Shown: positions 45,947-55,712 of the stretch, in pieces
Numbering within the stretch: position 1 is the first letter of the stretch
Layout: every line of letters starts with the position of its first letter
Source: a virus
Direction: 5' to 3' (one strand)
Virus record (IMG/VR): IMGVR_UViG_3300020538_000003
Location: 1-64,000 of that record
DNA: 64,000 nucleotides
The notes under the pieces: model-generated
What the model saw: the letters and a program-made list of their open reading frames with translations, nothing else
The model's database searches: none
Told to the model about the DNA's origin: nothing
Position numbers and translations under genes: made by a program

Positions 45947-47611
45947 TTAAGATTCACATGTTGAACATGATAAGATTGATCTACTAAGCTCTTGAGCTGG
46001 ATTGCTTGAGCGTTGATAATATAATCCTTTAATTCCTTGCTCCCAAGCAAAGATCATTAATTCATTAACCTCTTTAGGTTTTGTGTTTGGCGGAATCATT
46101 AAATTAAGAGATTGTCCTTGATCAATATACTTTTGTCTTTGTGCGGCCTGTATTACAATTTCTTTTTGTGAGATTTCTCCAAAAGTTTTAAAAATATTTT
46201 TTTCTTCTGTAGTAAGAAAATCTAAATGTTGAACAGATCCACCATGGGTAAGAATATCTTTCCATGTATCTTGATCATTTTTACCTTTTTCTTTAAGAAG
46301 CTTCTCAAGATATGGATTACGATATGTAAACTTACCTTTAGCAAGATCTTTAACAAAGTAATTACTATTTAGTGGTTCAATAGATGGTGATACTTGACCA
46401 AGAATAAATGAACTGCTGGTAGTAGGTGCTACTGCAAGAGTGGTTGAATTACGACGACTATATCCCTTTAACATAAATGGCTCTCCAAAGATATCTGCAA
46501 GTTCAGATGTAGCTTTATCAGATCTTTCTCTAATAGTTTTCCAAATTTGACTATTAAGTAATTTAGCATCAATTGATTCAAATGAAATCAATTTTGATTG
46601 AAGTAGTGAATGCCACCCAAGAACACCAACGCCAAGAGCGCGTTGATTAATAGCAAATTTACGAGGCGCTCGCATAAATTTATCTGTATTTAATCCAGAT
46701 CCAGTTTTAAGAATAAATTCAGACATTACTGCATCAAGGAAGTAAACAAGAGTTTCGACCGCATCTGTTTCAGCAATCTCATCCCATTTTTCAAGATTAA
46801 GTGATGAAAGATTACAAACAAATGATTCATCTTCTGAATTGGAAAGCATAATTTCATTGCAAAGATTTGAATTATTAATTTTTAATCCTTGATCTTTATA
46901 CATTTGTGGAGCTTGGTTGTTAGCGTTATCAGAGAAAAAGATATAAGGATATCCAGACTCAAAACGCTTTTTAATAACAAGACCCCATATTTTACGAGCC
47001 TCTTTATCTCCATTGATCATTTTATTCATCCATTCATCAGAAACACAAACCCCGATTGACATCTCTTGAATTTCATGACCTTCACCACGAATTTTAAGAA
47101 ACTCTTCAATATCTGGATGATCAATTGGAAGATATGCGGCAAAAGAACCTCTACGAACATTTCCTTGAGAAACAACATTCATTAACTTATCATAAAGCTC
47201 CATGAAGTGAACTGAACCAGTAGACTTGCCACCAGATGAAATCTCTGCGCCTCTGCCACGTAATGCTCCAAAATATGCACTTGTTCCACCTCCGCATTTA
47301 GTCATTTGACCCACTTCCGCTATCTTTTCAAGAATAGAAGACATTTCATCAGCGATAAAACTGCCAAAACAAGAAATTGGCAAACCTCTTTCACGGCCAA
47401 AGTTACTCCAGATTGGACTTGATAAAGAGTAAAAACCTTTGGCCATATAATCATAGAACTTATCTGAAAATCCATCCATGTCACCCAATAAATATTGTGC
47501 CTTATCAGCTACATCTTTAATTCTCTGCTCTGGGGTTTCACCTTCAAGTAGATAACCTCTTTCAAGAAACTTTCTTGAATCTTTATTTAACCAATATATT
47601 TCGCTCTTCAT
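45947..47611 (-). CDS. nrdA: Ribonucleotide reductase class I alpha subunit (short, no ATP cone)
   Basis: PISCF, GGG, NLCNE, APTTSSS, YY, C-terminal CSTCES. Confidence 0.95.
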   Translation of the reverse strand: MKSEIYWLNKDSRKFLERGYLLEGETPEQRIKDVADKAQYLLGDMDGFSDKFYDYMAKGFYSLSSPIWSNFGRERGLPISCFGSFIADEMSSILEKIAEVGQMTKCGGGTSAYFGALRGRGAEISSGGKSTGSVHFMELYDKLMNVVSQGNVRRGSFAAYLPIDHPDIEEFLKIRGEGHEIQEMSIGVCVSDEWMNKMINGDKEARKIWGLVIKKRFESGYPYIFFSDNANNQAPQMYKDQGLKINNSNLCNEIMLSNSEDESFVCNLSSLNLEKWDEIAETDAVETLVYFLDAVMSEFILKTGSGLNTDKFMRAPRKFAINQRALGVGVLGWHSLLQSKLISFESIDAKLLNSQIWKTIRERSDKATSELADIFGEPFMLKGYSRRNSTTLAVAPTTSSSFILGQVSPSIEPLNSNYFVKDLAKGKFTYRNPYLEKLLKEKGKNDQDTWKDILTHGGSVQHLDFLTTEEKNIFKTFGEISQKEIVIQAAQRQKYIDQGQSLNLMIPPNTKPKEVNELMIFAWEQGIKGLYYQRSSNPAQELSRSILSCSTCES

Positions 47612-47614
47612 AAA

Positions 47615-48586
47615 TTAAAACAAATCGTCTTCACTGAATGATTGATTCTTCTTGCTGTATTCCACTGGTCTTGAGTGAAAGAAATCAGTCATGTTGTTGC
47701 CTAAAAGTTCTTCATCAAACCATGTTGTAGATGATATAAGATTTTGATCAATTTTAAATACTTTTGGGAAATTAATTTGAGATAAAGATTCATTAATTCT
47801 ATTTTTAATAAATTCTTTTAAGATATCTGCGGATAATCCGTCTTGATTAATTTCGTTAATCATCCAATCAACAATTTTTGATTCTGATTTAAAAGCTTCT
47901 TCAGCTTCGTGTAGAATCCTTTCCTGGAGTTCTTCATCAAAAAGCTCTGGATGTTCGTCACGGATAGTATTAATAATTTTAATACCAACTAAAGCATGAA
48001 TATTCTCTTCGTTGCGAGTATATTTTACCTGTTGATCTGTATCCTTCAGAACATTTTTAAATCTCGCAAACCAGTTAATAACATAGAATTGCGAGAACAA
48101 AGAAACGTTTTCAACAAATAACGTAAATAGAATCAAAGCATAAAGATATTGTTTCTTAGAGTCTTTATAAAATTTATGAGTATACTTTTTTAGGTATTTT
48201 ACTCTTCCTTGAATCCATTCAAGTTTAAGGTTTTCATCAAAAACGTCTTCTAAATCAAGGATGCTAATAAGTCTTTCGTATGCGTTATTATGAATAACTT
48301 CGATATTAGCCATTACATAACCAAGATCTTGAAGAGATGGGTGTGGCAGATTTTCGCCAAGCTTAGCCCAAAATGTTTTTACCGCTACTTCAATTTGACC
48401 AATTGCCGATAAAGTACGAATAATTGTTTCTCTTTCTTGATCTGTTAGTTCTGTTTTAAACTGTTGCACGTCAGCCTTAAATGAAAACTCTTTATCTGTC
48501 CAAAAACCATTATGCATAGCCTCGATAAATTGTTCCGTCCAAGGATATTTGTTTGGTTTGCGAGAAATTTGCTCTTCGAATATCAT
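47615..48586 (-). CDS. nrdB: Ribonucleotide reductase class I beta subunit
   Basis: EVIHNNAY, EENIH, DFFHSRPVEY. Confidence 0.95.
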   Translation of the reverse strand: MIFEEQISRKPNKYPWTEQFIEAMHNGFWTDKEFSFKADVQQFKTELTDQERETIIRTLSAIGQIEVAVKTFWAKLGENLPHPSLQDLGYVMANIEVIHNNAYERLISILDLEDVFDENLKLEWIQGRVKYLKKYTHKFYKDSKKQYLYALILFTLFVENVSLFSQFYVINWFARFKNVLKDTDQQVKYTRNEENIHALVGIKIINTIRDEHPELFDEELQERILHEAEEAFKSESKIVDWMINEINQDGLSADILKEFIKNRINESLSQINFPKVFKIDQNLISSTTWFDEELLGNNMTDFFHSRPVEYSKKNQSFSEDDLF

Positions 48587-48658
48587 AGTTAATTTTACAC
48601 AGTCTATGGGATCATGAATATTTTAGCAAGCAAATTTTTCTTAAATAATTTTTTTCCC

Positions 48659-48733
48659 ATATTATTACGAACGTAGTGAGTAATAATATTACGTAACCTT
48701 TACTCTTTATTCTTTACTTAACCTTTACTCTTT
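48659..48733. repeat. Inverted plus direct repeats (candidate origin or regulatory RNA)
   Basis: ATATTATTAC/GTAATAATAT 10-bp inverted repeat; TAACCTTTACTCTTT at 48694 and 48719. Confidence 0.6.
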
Positions 48734-48762
48734 TACGAAACCTCAAAAAGCGAACCCTTTAC

Positions 48763-48832
48763 ATTATAGGGTTATTTAAAAATCTGTCAAGATAAAAAAA
48801 ACTATTGACAAAAAAAATATTTTTGTTAAACT
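48763..48832. promoter_or_regulatory. Divergent sigma70-like promoter pair
   Basis: Minus strand: TTGACA(48790-48785)-16-TATAAT(48768-48763). Plus strand: TTGACA(48805-48810)-16-TAAACT(48827-48832). Confidence 0.75.
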
Positions 48833-48839
48833 AGTTGAT

Positions 48840-49346
48840 ATGTTAGATACTGTGAATGTTTCAAATTTTTACTCTATAATCTCGCCTCAGAATAAAGGAG
48901 ATTCTGGTTATGATATAATTGCGAGTTCAGAACCCTCAATTCAAGGAATTGAATTAGATGGTGATGGAAATTATCTTTCGATTGACTTTATTGAATACGA
49001 AACAAATTTAATTATTCAGCCTCAAGAGGGATATCATACATATATCTTTCCAAGGTCTTCGATTTCAAAATATAATCTTGTTTTAGCCAATTCCATTGGT
49101 TTAATAGACAACGGCTATCGTGGGACACTTAAACTTAGATTTAAATATATTGCTCAACCAATTGATTATAAAATTTACGAAAATAATAAGTTATGCATTA
49201 ACATAAATAAGAACAAAATTTACAAAATGAAAGATAAAATAGCGCAATTAGTTTTTGGTGAGAGTATTACACCTATTCTTAAAGAGGTAAATGAATTCCA
49301 TGATACTGAAAGAAATATTTTAGGTTTTGGAAGCACTGGCGTATGA
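48840..49346 (+). CDS. dut: Trimeric dUTPase
   Basis: DSGYD, PRSS, GLIDNGYRG, IAQL, R...GFGSTG. Confidence 0.92.
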   Translation: MLDTVNVSNFYSIISPQNKGDSGYDIIASSEPSIQGIELDGDGNYLSIDFIEYETNLIIQPQEGYHTYIFPRSSISKYNLVLANSIGLIDNGYRGTLKLRFKYIAQPIDYKIYENNKLCININKNKIYKMKDKIAQLVFGESITPILKEVNEFHDTERNILGFGSTGV

Positions 49347-49957
49347 AAGTTATAGCTATATCAGGAATCGCTCGGTCTGGCAAAGATACAATTGCAGATA
49401 AACTTTCAGAAGTCATCTCTGAAATGAACCCTGGCTTAAAAATTTCTAGAGAAAGTTTCGCTTCAATTTTAAAGCAAGAGATGTCTACGTTTATTTACGA
49501 AAAATTTAATAAAGACATCTTTAGCCTAGAAGGACAAGACAAAGAGAATTTAAGACCACTTTTAGTTGCATACGGTTCAGCAAAAAGAAATCTTAGCAAT
49601 GGTAGATATTTTATAGAAGCATTGCAAAAAAAGATTAGTATAGAAAACAATGATTTATGCATCATTTCAGACTTGAGATACGCTGATAAAGATTTTGACG
49701 AGCTTCATTGGCTTAAAAATGAAATGGGCGGTAAATTAATCCATATCAAAAGGTATAGCGTTATAGATAATCAAAAAAAACAAAAAAAGTTTCTTTTGCC
49801 GCCAAATGAAGATGAAAAAAGAAATGATCCAGTTTTAAATAAAAACTCTGATTTCAATATTATTTGGCCATCTGCTAAAAATGATATCGAGTTAAACGAA
49901 ATGGCTAGAAATTTTTGTGAAGATTTTTACTATAAAAATATATCATATCTTATCTAA
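49343..49957 (+). CDS. Deoxynucleoside monophosphate kinase
   Basis: GIARSGKDT, SFA..LK, RPLL..YG, ISDLRY. Confidence 0.8.
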   Translation: MKVIAISGIARSGKDTIADKLSEVISEMNPGLKISRESFASILKQEMSTFIYEKFNKDIFSLEGQDKENLRPLLVAYGSAKRNLSNGRYFIEALQKKISIENNDLCIISDLRYADKDFDELHWLKNEMGGKLIHIKRYSVIDNQKKQKKFLLPPNEDEKRNDPVLNKNSDFNIIWPSAKNDIELNEMARNFCEDFYYKNISYLI

Positions 49958-50547
49958 TGCAACCATCTGATCCATTATTAGCCAATTTAGTAAAAGAGTC
50001 CAATGATGAGGGCGCTTTAAAAGAACTTATTTCTCGTCATTCTGGAATATACCTTGATATGATCAAAAAATTTGGATCTAGATCTTTGAGTAGTAATCAA
50101 ATAAGTGATATGGTAGAAGATAAAAACTATCAAATTTATAAAGCCGCGCTTGAATATGATGAAAGCAAGAGCAAGTTTTCAACCTACCTGGCGCTAAAAA
50201 CTAAATATCTTTGCTTGACAAATAAAACAAACAATAAGAAAAATTCTAATATTGTTAATTTTGATGAAATTGAATTTACTCAAGAATACAAGGGTTTCGA
50301 CCCAAGTGAAGAATCTTCTAGAAATGAATCATTTTTAAAAATTTATAATTTAATAAATAACCATTACGATGAAAGAATAAAGATTATATTTAGAGAAAGA
50401 TATTTTTCAAACACAAATGGATCTTTAAAACCATGGAAGCAAATAGCGTCAAAAGTTGGACTGTCAATCCAAGGATGCATCAACATACACAATAAAACAA
50501 TAAAAGAATTTCAAGAAAAAATAACAAATGAACAACTTAATTTTTGA
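49957..50547 (+). CDS. Sigma70-family RNA polymerase sigma factor
   Basis: A.KELI.RH, YDESKSKFSTY, C-terminal HTH WKQIASKVGLSIQG. Confidence 0.8.
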   Translation: MQPSDPLLANLVKESNDEGALKELISRHSGIYLDMIKKFGSRSLSSNQISDMVEDKNYQIYKAALEYDESKSKFSTYLALKTKYLCLTNKTNNKKNSNIVNFDEIEFTQEYKGFDPSEESSRNESFLKIYNLINNHYDERIKIIFRERYFSNTNGSLKPWKQIASKVGLSIQGCINIHNKTIKEFQEKITNEQLNF

Positions 50548-51616
50548 CGGACCAATTAACCAACTCAGTCTTGGTAATGTATCTTATAATTTTCTAAAAG
50601 AAATATGGAAAAGAAATGTAAAAACAAGTATTTTTCCAGTTGGCAACTCGGCTAATTTTGATTCTTTTGATAGAGCTAATCAAGATTTTTTAGAATGGAT
50701 TAAATTTAATTCTTTTAATAGGCTAAAAACCTTTAATCATGAAACTCCAGTTTTGAAAAATTGGCATATAAATGGATCTGAATCAAGATTTTCTAAAAGA
50801 CAATATTTGTATACATTTTACGAAGTAGACTCTCCAACAGAAGAGGAGATTAATATAGTTTCAAATCAAGAACACGTATTTTTTTCATCATCAGAATCTT
50901 GCGATATTTTTAAATCTAAAGGTTGCGATAATGTATCTTATGTGCCACTCGGTTTTGATGAAGATTTTTTTGAAACAAATAAAAGCTATCTTGATAATGG
51001 TGTGATTCATTTTGGACTAATTGGAAAACTTGAACACAGAAAGAATACGCAAAGAATAATTCAACTTTGGTTAAAGAAGTATGGAGATAATCCAAGATAT
51101 CAATTAACATGTTTAATCAATAATCCGTTTTTTAAACCAGAAGATTTTGCTCAAATTATAAATCAAACCGTTTCTAATAGAAAATGGAAAAATATTAATT
51201 TTCTTCCATTTCTTAAAACAAATTCTGAAGTTAATGAGTTAATGAATGCTATAGACATTGATTTATCTGGTATATCCAATGGCGAAGGATGGAACTTGCC
51301 AGCATTTAACGCCACAGCATTAGGCAAATGGTCTGTTGTCTCAAATTGCTCTTCTCATAAAGATTGGGCCACAAGAGAAAATTCTATTTTAATTGAAGCT
51401 AACAACAAACAACCTTGTTATGATAATTTCTTTTTTAGACAAGGAGCGCCATTTAATCAAGGTAATTATTATCTTATAAAAGACGAATCAATTATCGATG
51501 GATTTGAAAGAGCTGAAAAACTTGCAAAAACAGTAAATGAAGAAGGAAAAAAACTTAAAAATATATTTACTTATTCAAAATCTATAGATAAAATTTTTGA
51601 AACTATAAAACAATAA
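50528..51616 (+). CDS. GT4-like glycosyltransferase
   Basis: VPLG.D, GKLEHRKN, GEGWNLP. Confidence 0.8.
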   Translation: MNNLIFDGPINQLSLGNVSYNFLKEIWKRNVKTSIFPVGNSANFDSFDRANQDFLEWIKFNSFNRLKTFNHETPVLKNWHINGSESRFSKRQYLYTFYEVDSPTEEEINIVSNQEHVFFSSSESCDIFKSKGCDNVSYVPLGFDEDFFETNKSYLDNGVIHFGLIGKLEHRKNTQRIIQLWLKKYGDNPRYQLTCLINNPFFKPEDFAQIINQTVSNRKWKNINFLPFLKTNSEVNELMNAIDIDLSGISNGEGWNLPAFNATALGKWSVVSNCSSHKDWATRENSILIEANNKQPCYDNFFFRQGAPFNQGNYYLIKDESIIDGFERAEKLAKTVNEEGKKLKNIFTYSKSIDKIFETIKQ

Positions 51617-51996
51617 TGCCTACTTATATTTACAAACATCCAAATGATGAAATTTACAAAGAAATCGTTCAGACTATGAATGAAGCTCATGTTTATTTCG
51701 AAGATGATGTTGAATGGAAAAGAGTCTTTACTATACCTCAGGCTTCAATTGACTCTCATGTGGACCCATTTTCATCAAAAGAGTTTGTCGAAAAAACTGG
51801 TAAAATGAAAGGCACATATGGCGATCTAATCGACTACTCTTCAGAAATGTCAAATAAAAGAGAGGAAAAATGTGGCACAGAAGATCCGATAAAAAGAAAA
51901 TATTTTAACGAATATAAAAAGAAAAATAAAGTAAAACACGTGCAAGATAAACCAAAAATTATTGAAAATAATAATTTTCGAATAGATTTACCTTAA
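51616..51996 (+). CDS. FmdB-like small protein (Cys ligands lost)
   Basis: MPTYIY...E..QTM...WKRVFTIP. Confidence 0.55.
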   Translation: MPTYIYKHPNDEIYKEIVQTMNEAHVYFEDDVEWKRVFTIPQASIDSHVDPFSSKEFVEKTGKMKGTYGDLIDYSSEMSNKREEKCGTEDPIKRKYFNEYKKKNKVKHVQDKPKIIENNNFRIDLP

Positions 51997-52008
51997 TACA
52001 TATTTTAT

Positions 52009-55000
52009 TTATACGTATGGACCTTTATAATTAACTGGAAGTGGAGTTTGATTTCTTTTAATTCCAGTTTTATTTTCATAACCTGTTGGAAATGATGTTA
52101 ATATTCCAGACATAAACTCACCTCTTTGCTTATCGTTTTTGAAAGTATCTCTTCCTTCATGATAACGGATTGGTTGACCATTTGGGAAATATCCATTATA
52201 TCCACCGTACAGATGAGCTGAATGCCAATTAACACCTTTTTTTAATGGAAGGTTACTTATTTTGCTTTTATTTAGATAACCTAAAAAATTCTTTTCGGGA
52301 ATGGTAAGTTGTGCATATGCTAAATTATCTGCAATAAGATTATTATTCGGATAAATAAATGACAAGCCTGAAAAATTTGAAGTTGGTTCGACACTAGAAT
52401 TAATGACTACAAATCCCGTCCCTATATTAAGATCACGCTGATTAATCTCTATTTTACTTGGAATATACCTTCTTTCTAGTTTAAATCTGTTGCCGCTAAT
52501 TTCATGTGGATAATAATCAACCCAATCAAAAATATTATTATCTGATATAGGCTCCGTAATATATATTTTATGTCCAGAATTTAATGCATTTGCAATTCCA
52601 GTTCCGTTTATTCCAGTTTCAGCAACACTATATGTAAATTCTTTTGTTTCTATATCATAAGAAAGAAGTCCACTTATAAAACCAGTACATTTATATGAAA
52701 TAAAATCATACTCTTCAATTAATGAAGCATCAACAAGATTAATAATATTATTAATCGGAGGATTAGCATTTATTCTAGCAACAAGTGGATGTGCAAATGT
52801 TGTTATCCACCATGGACCTTCTTTCCAAAAAGCAGCCCCTGTTCTTTTGCTAAGAAAAATTCGTTCTGCACCAGTAAAAGGATGTGTAATCAAAGATTCA
52901 GAATATGGATTATTGCCACCTGTTCCAGTATTGCCCCAATCCCATCCATTTTGGTCCGAAATAGGGTAACTTTTGCCCCCAGAGAAGAATAAGTATGCTC
53001 CAGTTTGACCTGTGTTAGGAGTAAATTTAATTGGCCATGAACCCAAACAATCTTTTTTGTATTTATATGGTATTATGTTAGTGAATTGTATTTCAAATTC
53101 TCCCATACCTGGACACGAATAAGCATTTCGAGTAAATGGCCCATCAAAAGCCATGACATTATTAACGCTACTATCATCCGTAGTAAAATACATCTCTGGA
53201 ATTATGTTACAAAATTTTAATTGTGATGCATTTCTCATCCATTGATTTTCTAAATTCGCAGTTCCAACATTCCAAGTAAAATCAAAATCTAAAGGTAGTT
53301 GTTTTAGTATTCGACCTTCTTTACTATCAAAATAAACCATACGAACGTTATTAAAACAACCAACAAATTTACCCCTTGGCTTCTTTTCTTCAAAAATATT
53401 AACATCTCTGTTTAGGTCTCTTTCTATAATAACATCAAATTCTGAAGGATCGTCTTGATAAACAGCGCATGAAGAATCAGCACTGGGAAAATTTTCATTT
53501 ACATAACTAAGATTTGTATCTGCTATATTTATAGAACCATAACCTTGTGCAAAATGGTTATCTTTTAAATACAAATTACATGCATTAAAATTATCTGTGA
53601 TCTTTAGATGCTCAGGAGCGTAAATATGACGCATCCAATCTTGCGGTTGAGTTGATATTTTTCTTTGAAATTCATCTACCCATGGAAAATCAGCAAATTC
53701 TTCAAAAGAATAATCTCTACATCTAGAAGATGGTGGATCATATCCCAGGATTTGCCAATCATAAGGACAATATTCTTTTATTTTATGCAAATGAATTCTT
53801 AGTATTTCTATTGTAACCAATGTTCCCTTCGCGGAAATCTGAGTTTTGTCTATTGGAAGAATTAACTCCCAATATGACTCCATTTCACCATATTCATTTG
53901 TGATACATTGAGCGTCAGTAAATAGTTTTTTAATTGGAACTGTTGTTATTGGAGTAATAAATTTTGGAACTCCATTATAACTAGGTCTTATGGATGCAGA
54001 ATACTCTAATTGAGGTATGCTAGTACTTATTTTTAACACAACCTTTAAATAATCCGTGTCATTTGATACCATAAAATTAATAGATGGATATCTATTTGGA
54101 TCAACATGAATATTTACTCCTGGAGTCCAGTAAAATGATCCATATTTATCTACTCCATGAAGTCCTACAATTTTACTTATTTTGCCGAAATTTTCATTAT
54201 CATAAGAGCCAGAAAAATTATTAAGACTGTAATATAATTCATTTAAAAGATTAAAATTCTCTTTAGATCTTGAATCATCACCTAGTATAAATGAATCTTC
54301 AACGAAATCAGAAGAAATGTTAAATGTGCCATAATACAACTGTATTCTTTCTCTAAAGTTATTAGAAGAAATATCTTTATTTACAAATGAATCAAATACT
54401 ACTTTAGAATCATTCTCATAAGAATTTGGAAAAAATAAAAATGGCATGTCAATTCCATTTGGACTAAAATAAAATTGATCTGGTGTATAAGGAATGTAAC
54501 CATTGTTGCTATAATAGCCACTCCATCCACTTATAGACATTCCAATTGTTCCAGTTTGACTTGGAAAAAATCCAGTAGTGGGCGCATTAAAATTCTCAAC
54601 ATATTTTCCGTTATCAAATTCATAAAGTGTTTTGCTGGTAAAGTCAAGACTAAAAGTGCGCCAAAAGGCATCTCTCATCATGTCTTCATTGATATAAAAA
54701 TCTGTATATATGCCTGTATAATCAGGTAATGTTCTCCCAGTAATATACGATTTATCATACACTGCTTTAATTTTAATTTCTTGAAACCACCGATCTGGTT
54801 GTCCATAACCTAGAGAAGCATAACCGCTATTCATATCTAGTCCTTTTATAATATAGTCTCCAGTTTCATTGAAAACAATATCAAAACCTGACCATGTTGA
54901 TTGTGGAACAACAAAACGATTAATATTCTTGAATTGGTTGTTGCCAGAATTTTTGTAAACTTCTATCCAAAGCCCACTTTCTCTAGGAATAACATATGGT

Positions 55001-55707
55001 TCAACACATTGAACTTCGTCATAGCGTCTATAGTTAAAACTAACTTCACCACTCCATGAATTTCCTGATAAATTATTTGTATAATTTCCTGTTGTTTGTA
55101 AAAAAACAAGTGATTTGCCAAATTTATTATATTTATCAGCTCTTTCAATTTTAATTATTGATCTATCTAAACCAATGCTGGAAGCATAATATTTATCAGA
55201 AAGTCCATATTGAAATCCAGGTTCCCATCCACCAACATTATATTCCCAGAATCCATCATTATCCCACATTGCCGCAAATTTTTCTCTATACCAAAGAGTA
55301 ACATATCCCATCAAATTTATTGGCTCCCAAGGAAAAACAGTATCATTAAGATCAACTGTTGGCCTCCAATATGGTTTTGGACCATTAAAAAATACACAAT
55401 TTATTTTTTTACAATTATTAAACTCTCTATTTAAACCTGTAACATCTTTACCTATAAAAACATTTCGTGTCGAGATTGGAAAAAAACCACTAGAGATACT
55501 GCCATTTACTCCATCTGAAATTACAACTTCTGTAATTGTTTGTGGTAAAGCTGTGTTTTGAAGTTCGTAACTAGTAACATGATAGCCGTCTACGCTTGGA
55601 GGTAAAGTTATTCCCTGTACCGACATCGAACCTCTATAATTAATTATTTTAGCATAATCATTGCTTAAAATATTATATTCCCATTTATTTCCCGAATCTA
55701 TTGGCAT
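52009..55707 (-). CDS. Large probable virion protein with short N-terminal BspA-like segment
   Basis: 1232 aa; LPPSVDGYHVT...ITEVVISDGV; SG/TG-rich. Confidence 0.7.
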   Translation of the reverse strand: MPIDSGNKWEYNILSNDYAKIINYRGSMSVQGITLPPSVDGYHVTSYELQNTALPQTITEVVISDGVNGSISSGFFPISTRNVFIGKDVTGLNREFNNCKKINCVFFNGPKPYWRPTVDLNDTVFPWEPINLMGYVTLWYREKFAAMWDNDGFWEYNVGGWEPGFQYGLSDKYYASSIGLDRSIIKIERADKYNKFGKSLVFLQTTGNYTNNLSGNSWSGEVSFNYRRYDEVQCVEPYVIPRESGLWIEVYKNSGNNQFKNINRFVVPQSTWSGFDIVFNETGDYIIKGLDMNSGYASLGYGQPDRWFQEIKIKAVYDKSYITGRTLPDYTGIYTDFYINEDMMRDAFWRTFSLDFTSKTLYEFDNGKYVENFNAPTTGFFPSQTGTIGMSISGWSGYYSNNGYIPYTPDQFYFSPNGIDMPFLFFPNSYENDSKVVFDSFVNKDISSNNFRERIQLYYGTFNISSDFVEDSFILGDDSRSKENFNLLNELYYSLNNFSGSYDNENFGKISKIVGLHGVDKYGSFYWTPGVNIHVDPNRYPSINFMVSNDTDYLKVVLKISTSIPQLEYSASIRPSYNGVPKFITPITTVPIKKLFTDAQCITNEYGEMESYWELILPIDKTQISAKGTLVTIEILRIHLHKIKEYCPYDWQILGYDPPSSRCRDYSFEEFADFPWVDEFQRKISTQPQDWMRHIYAPEHLKITDNFNACNLYLKDNHFAQGYGSINIADTNLSYVNENFPSADSSCAVYQDDPSEFDVIIERDLNRDVNIFEEKKPRGKFVGCFNNVRMVYFDSKEGRILKQLPLDFDFTWNVGTANLENQWMRNASQLKFCNIIPEMYFTTDDSSVNNVMAFDGPFTRNAYSCPGMGEFEIQFTNIIPYKYKKDCLGSWPIKFTPNTGQTGAYLFFSGGKSYPISDQNGWDWGNTGTGGNNPYSESLITHPFTGAERIFLSKRTGAAFWKEGPWWITTFAHPLVARINANPPINNIINLVDASLIEEYDFISYKCTGFISGLLSYDIETKEFTYSVAETGINGTGIANALNSGHKIYITEPISDNNIFDWVDYYPHEISGNRFKLERRYIPSKIEINQRDLNIGTGFVVINSSVEPTSNFSGLSFIYPNNNLIADNLAYAQLTIPEKNFLGYLNKSKISNLPLKKGVNWHSAHLYGGYNGYFPNGQPIRYHEGRDTFKNDKQRGEFMSGILTSFPTGYENKTGIKRNQTPLPVNYKGPYV

Positions 55708-55712
55708 AAAAA

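Noticed and set aside
29788-48586. Inteins or self-splicing introns in dnaE, dnaB, the recA-like gene or nrdAB
   Set aside because: Lengths are normal and no intein or intron signatures were seen
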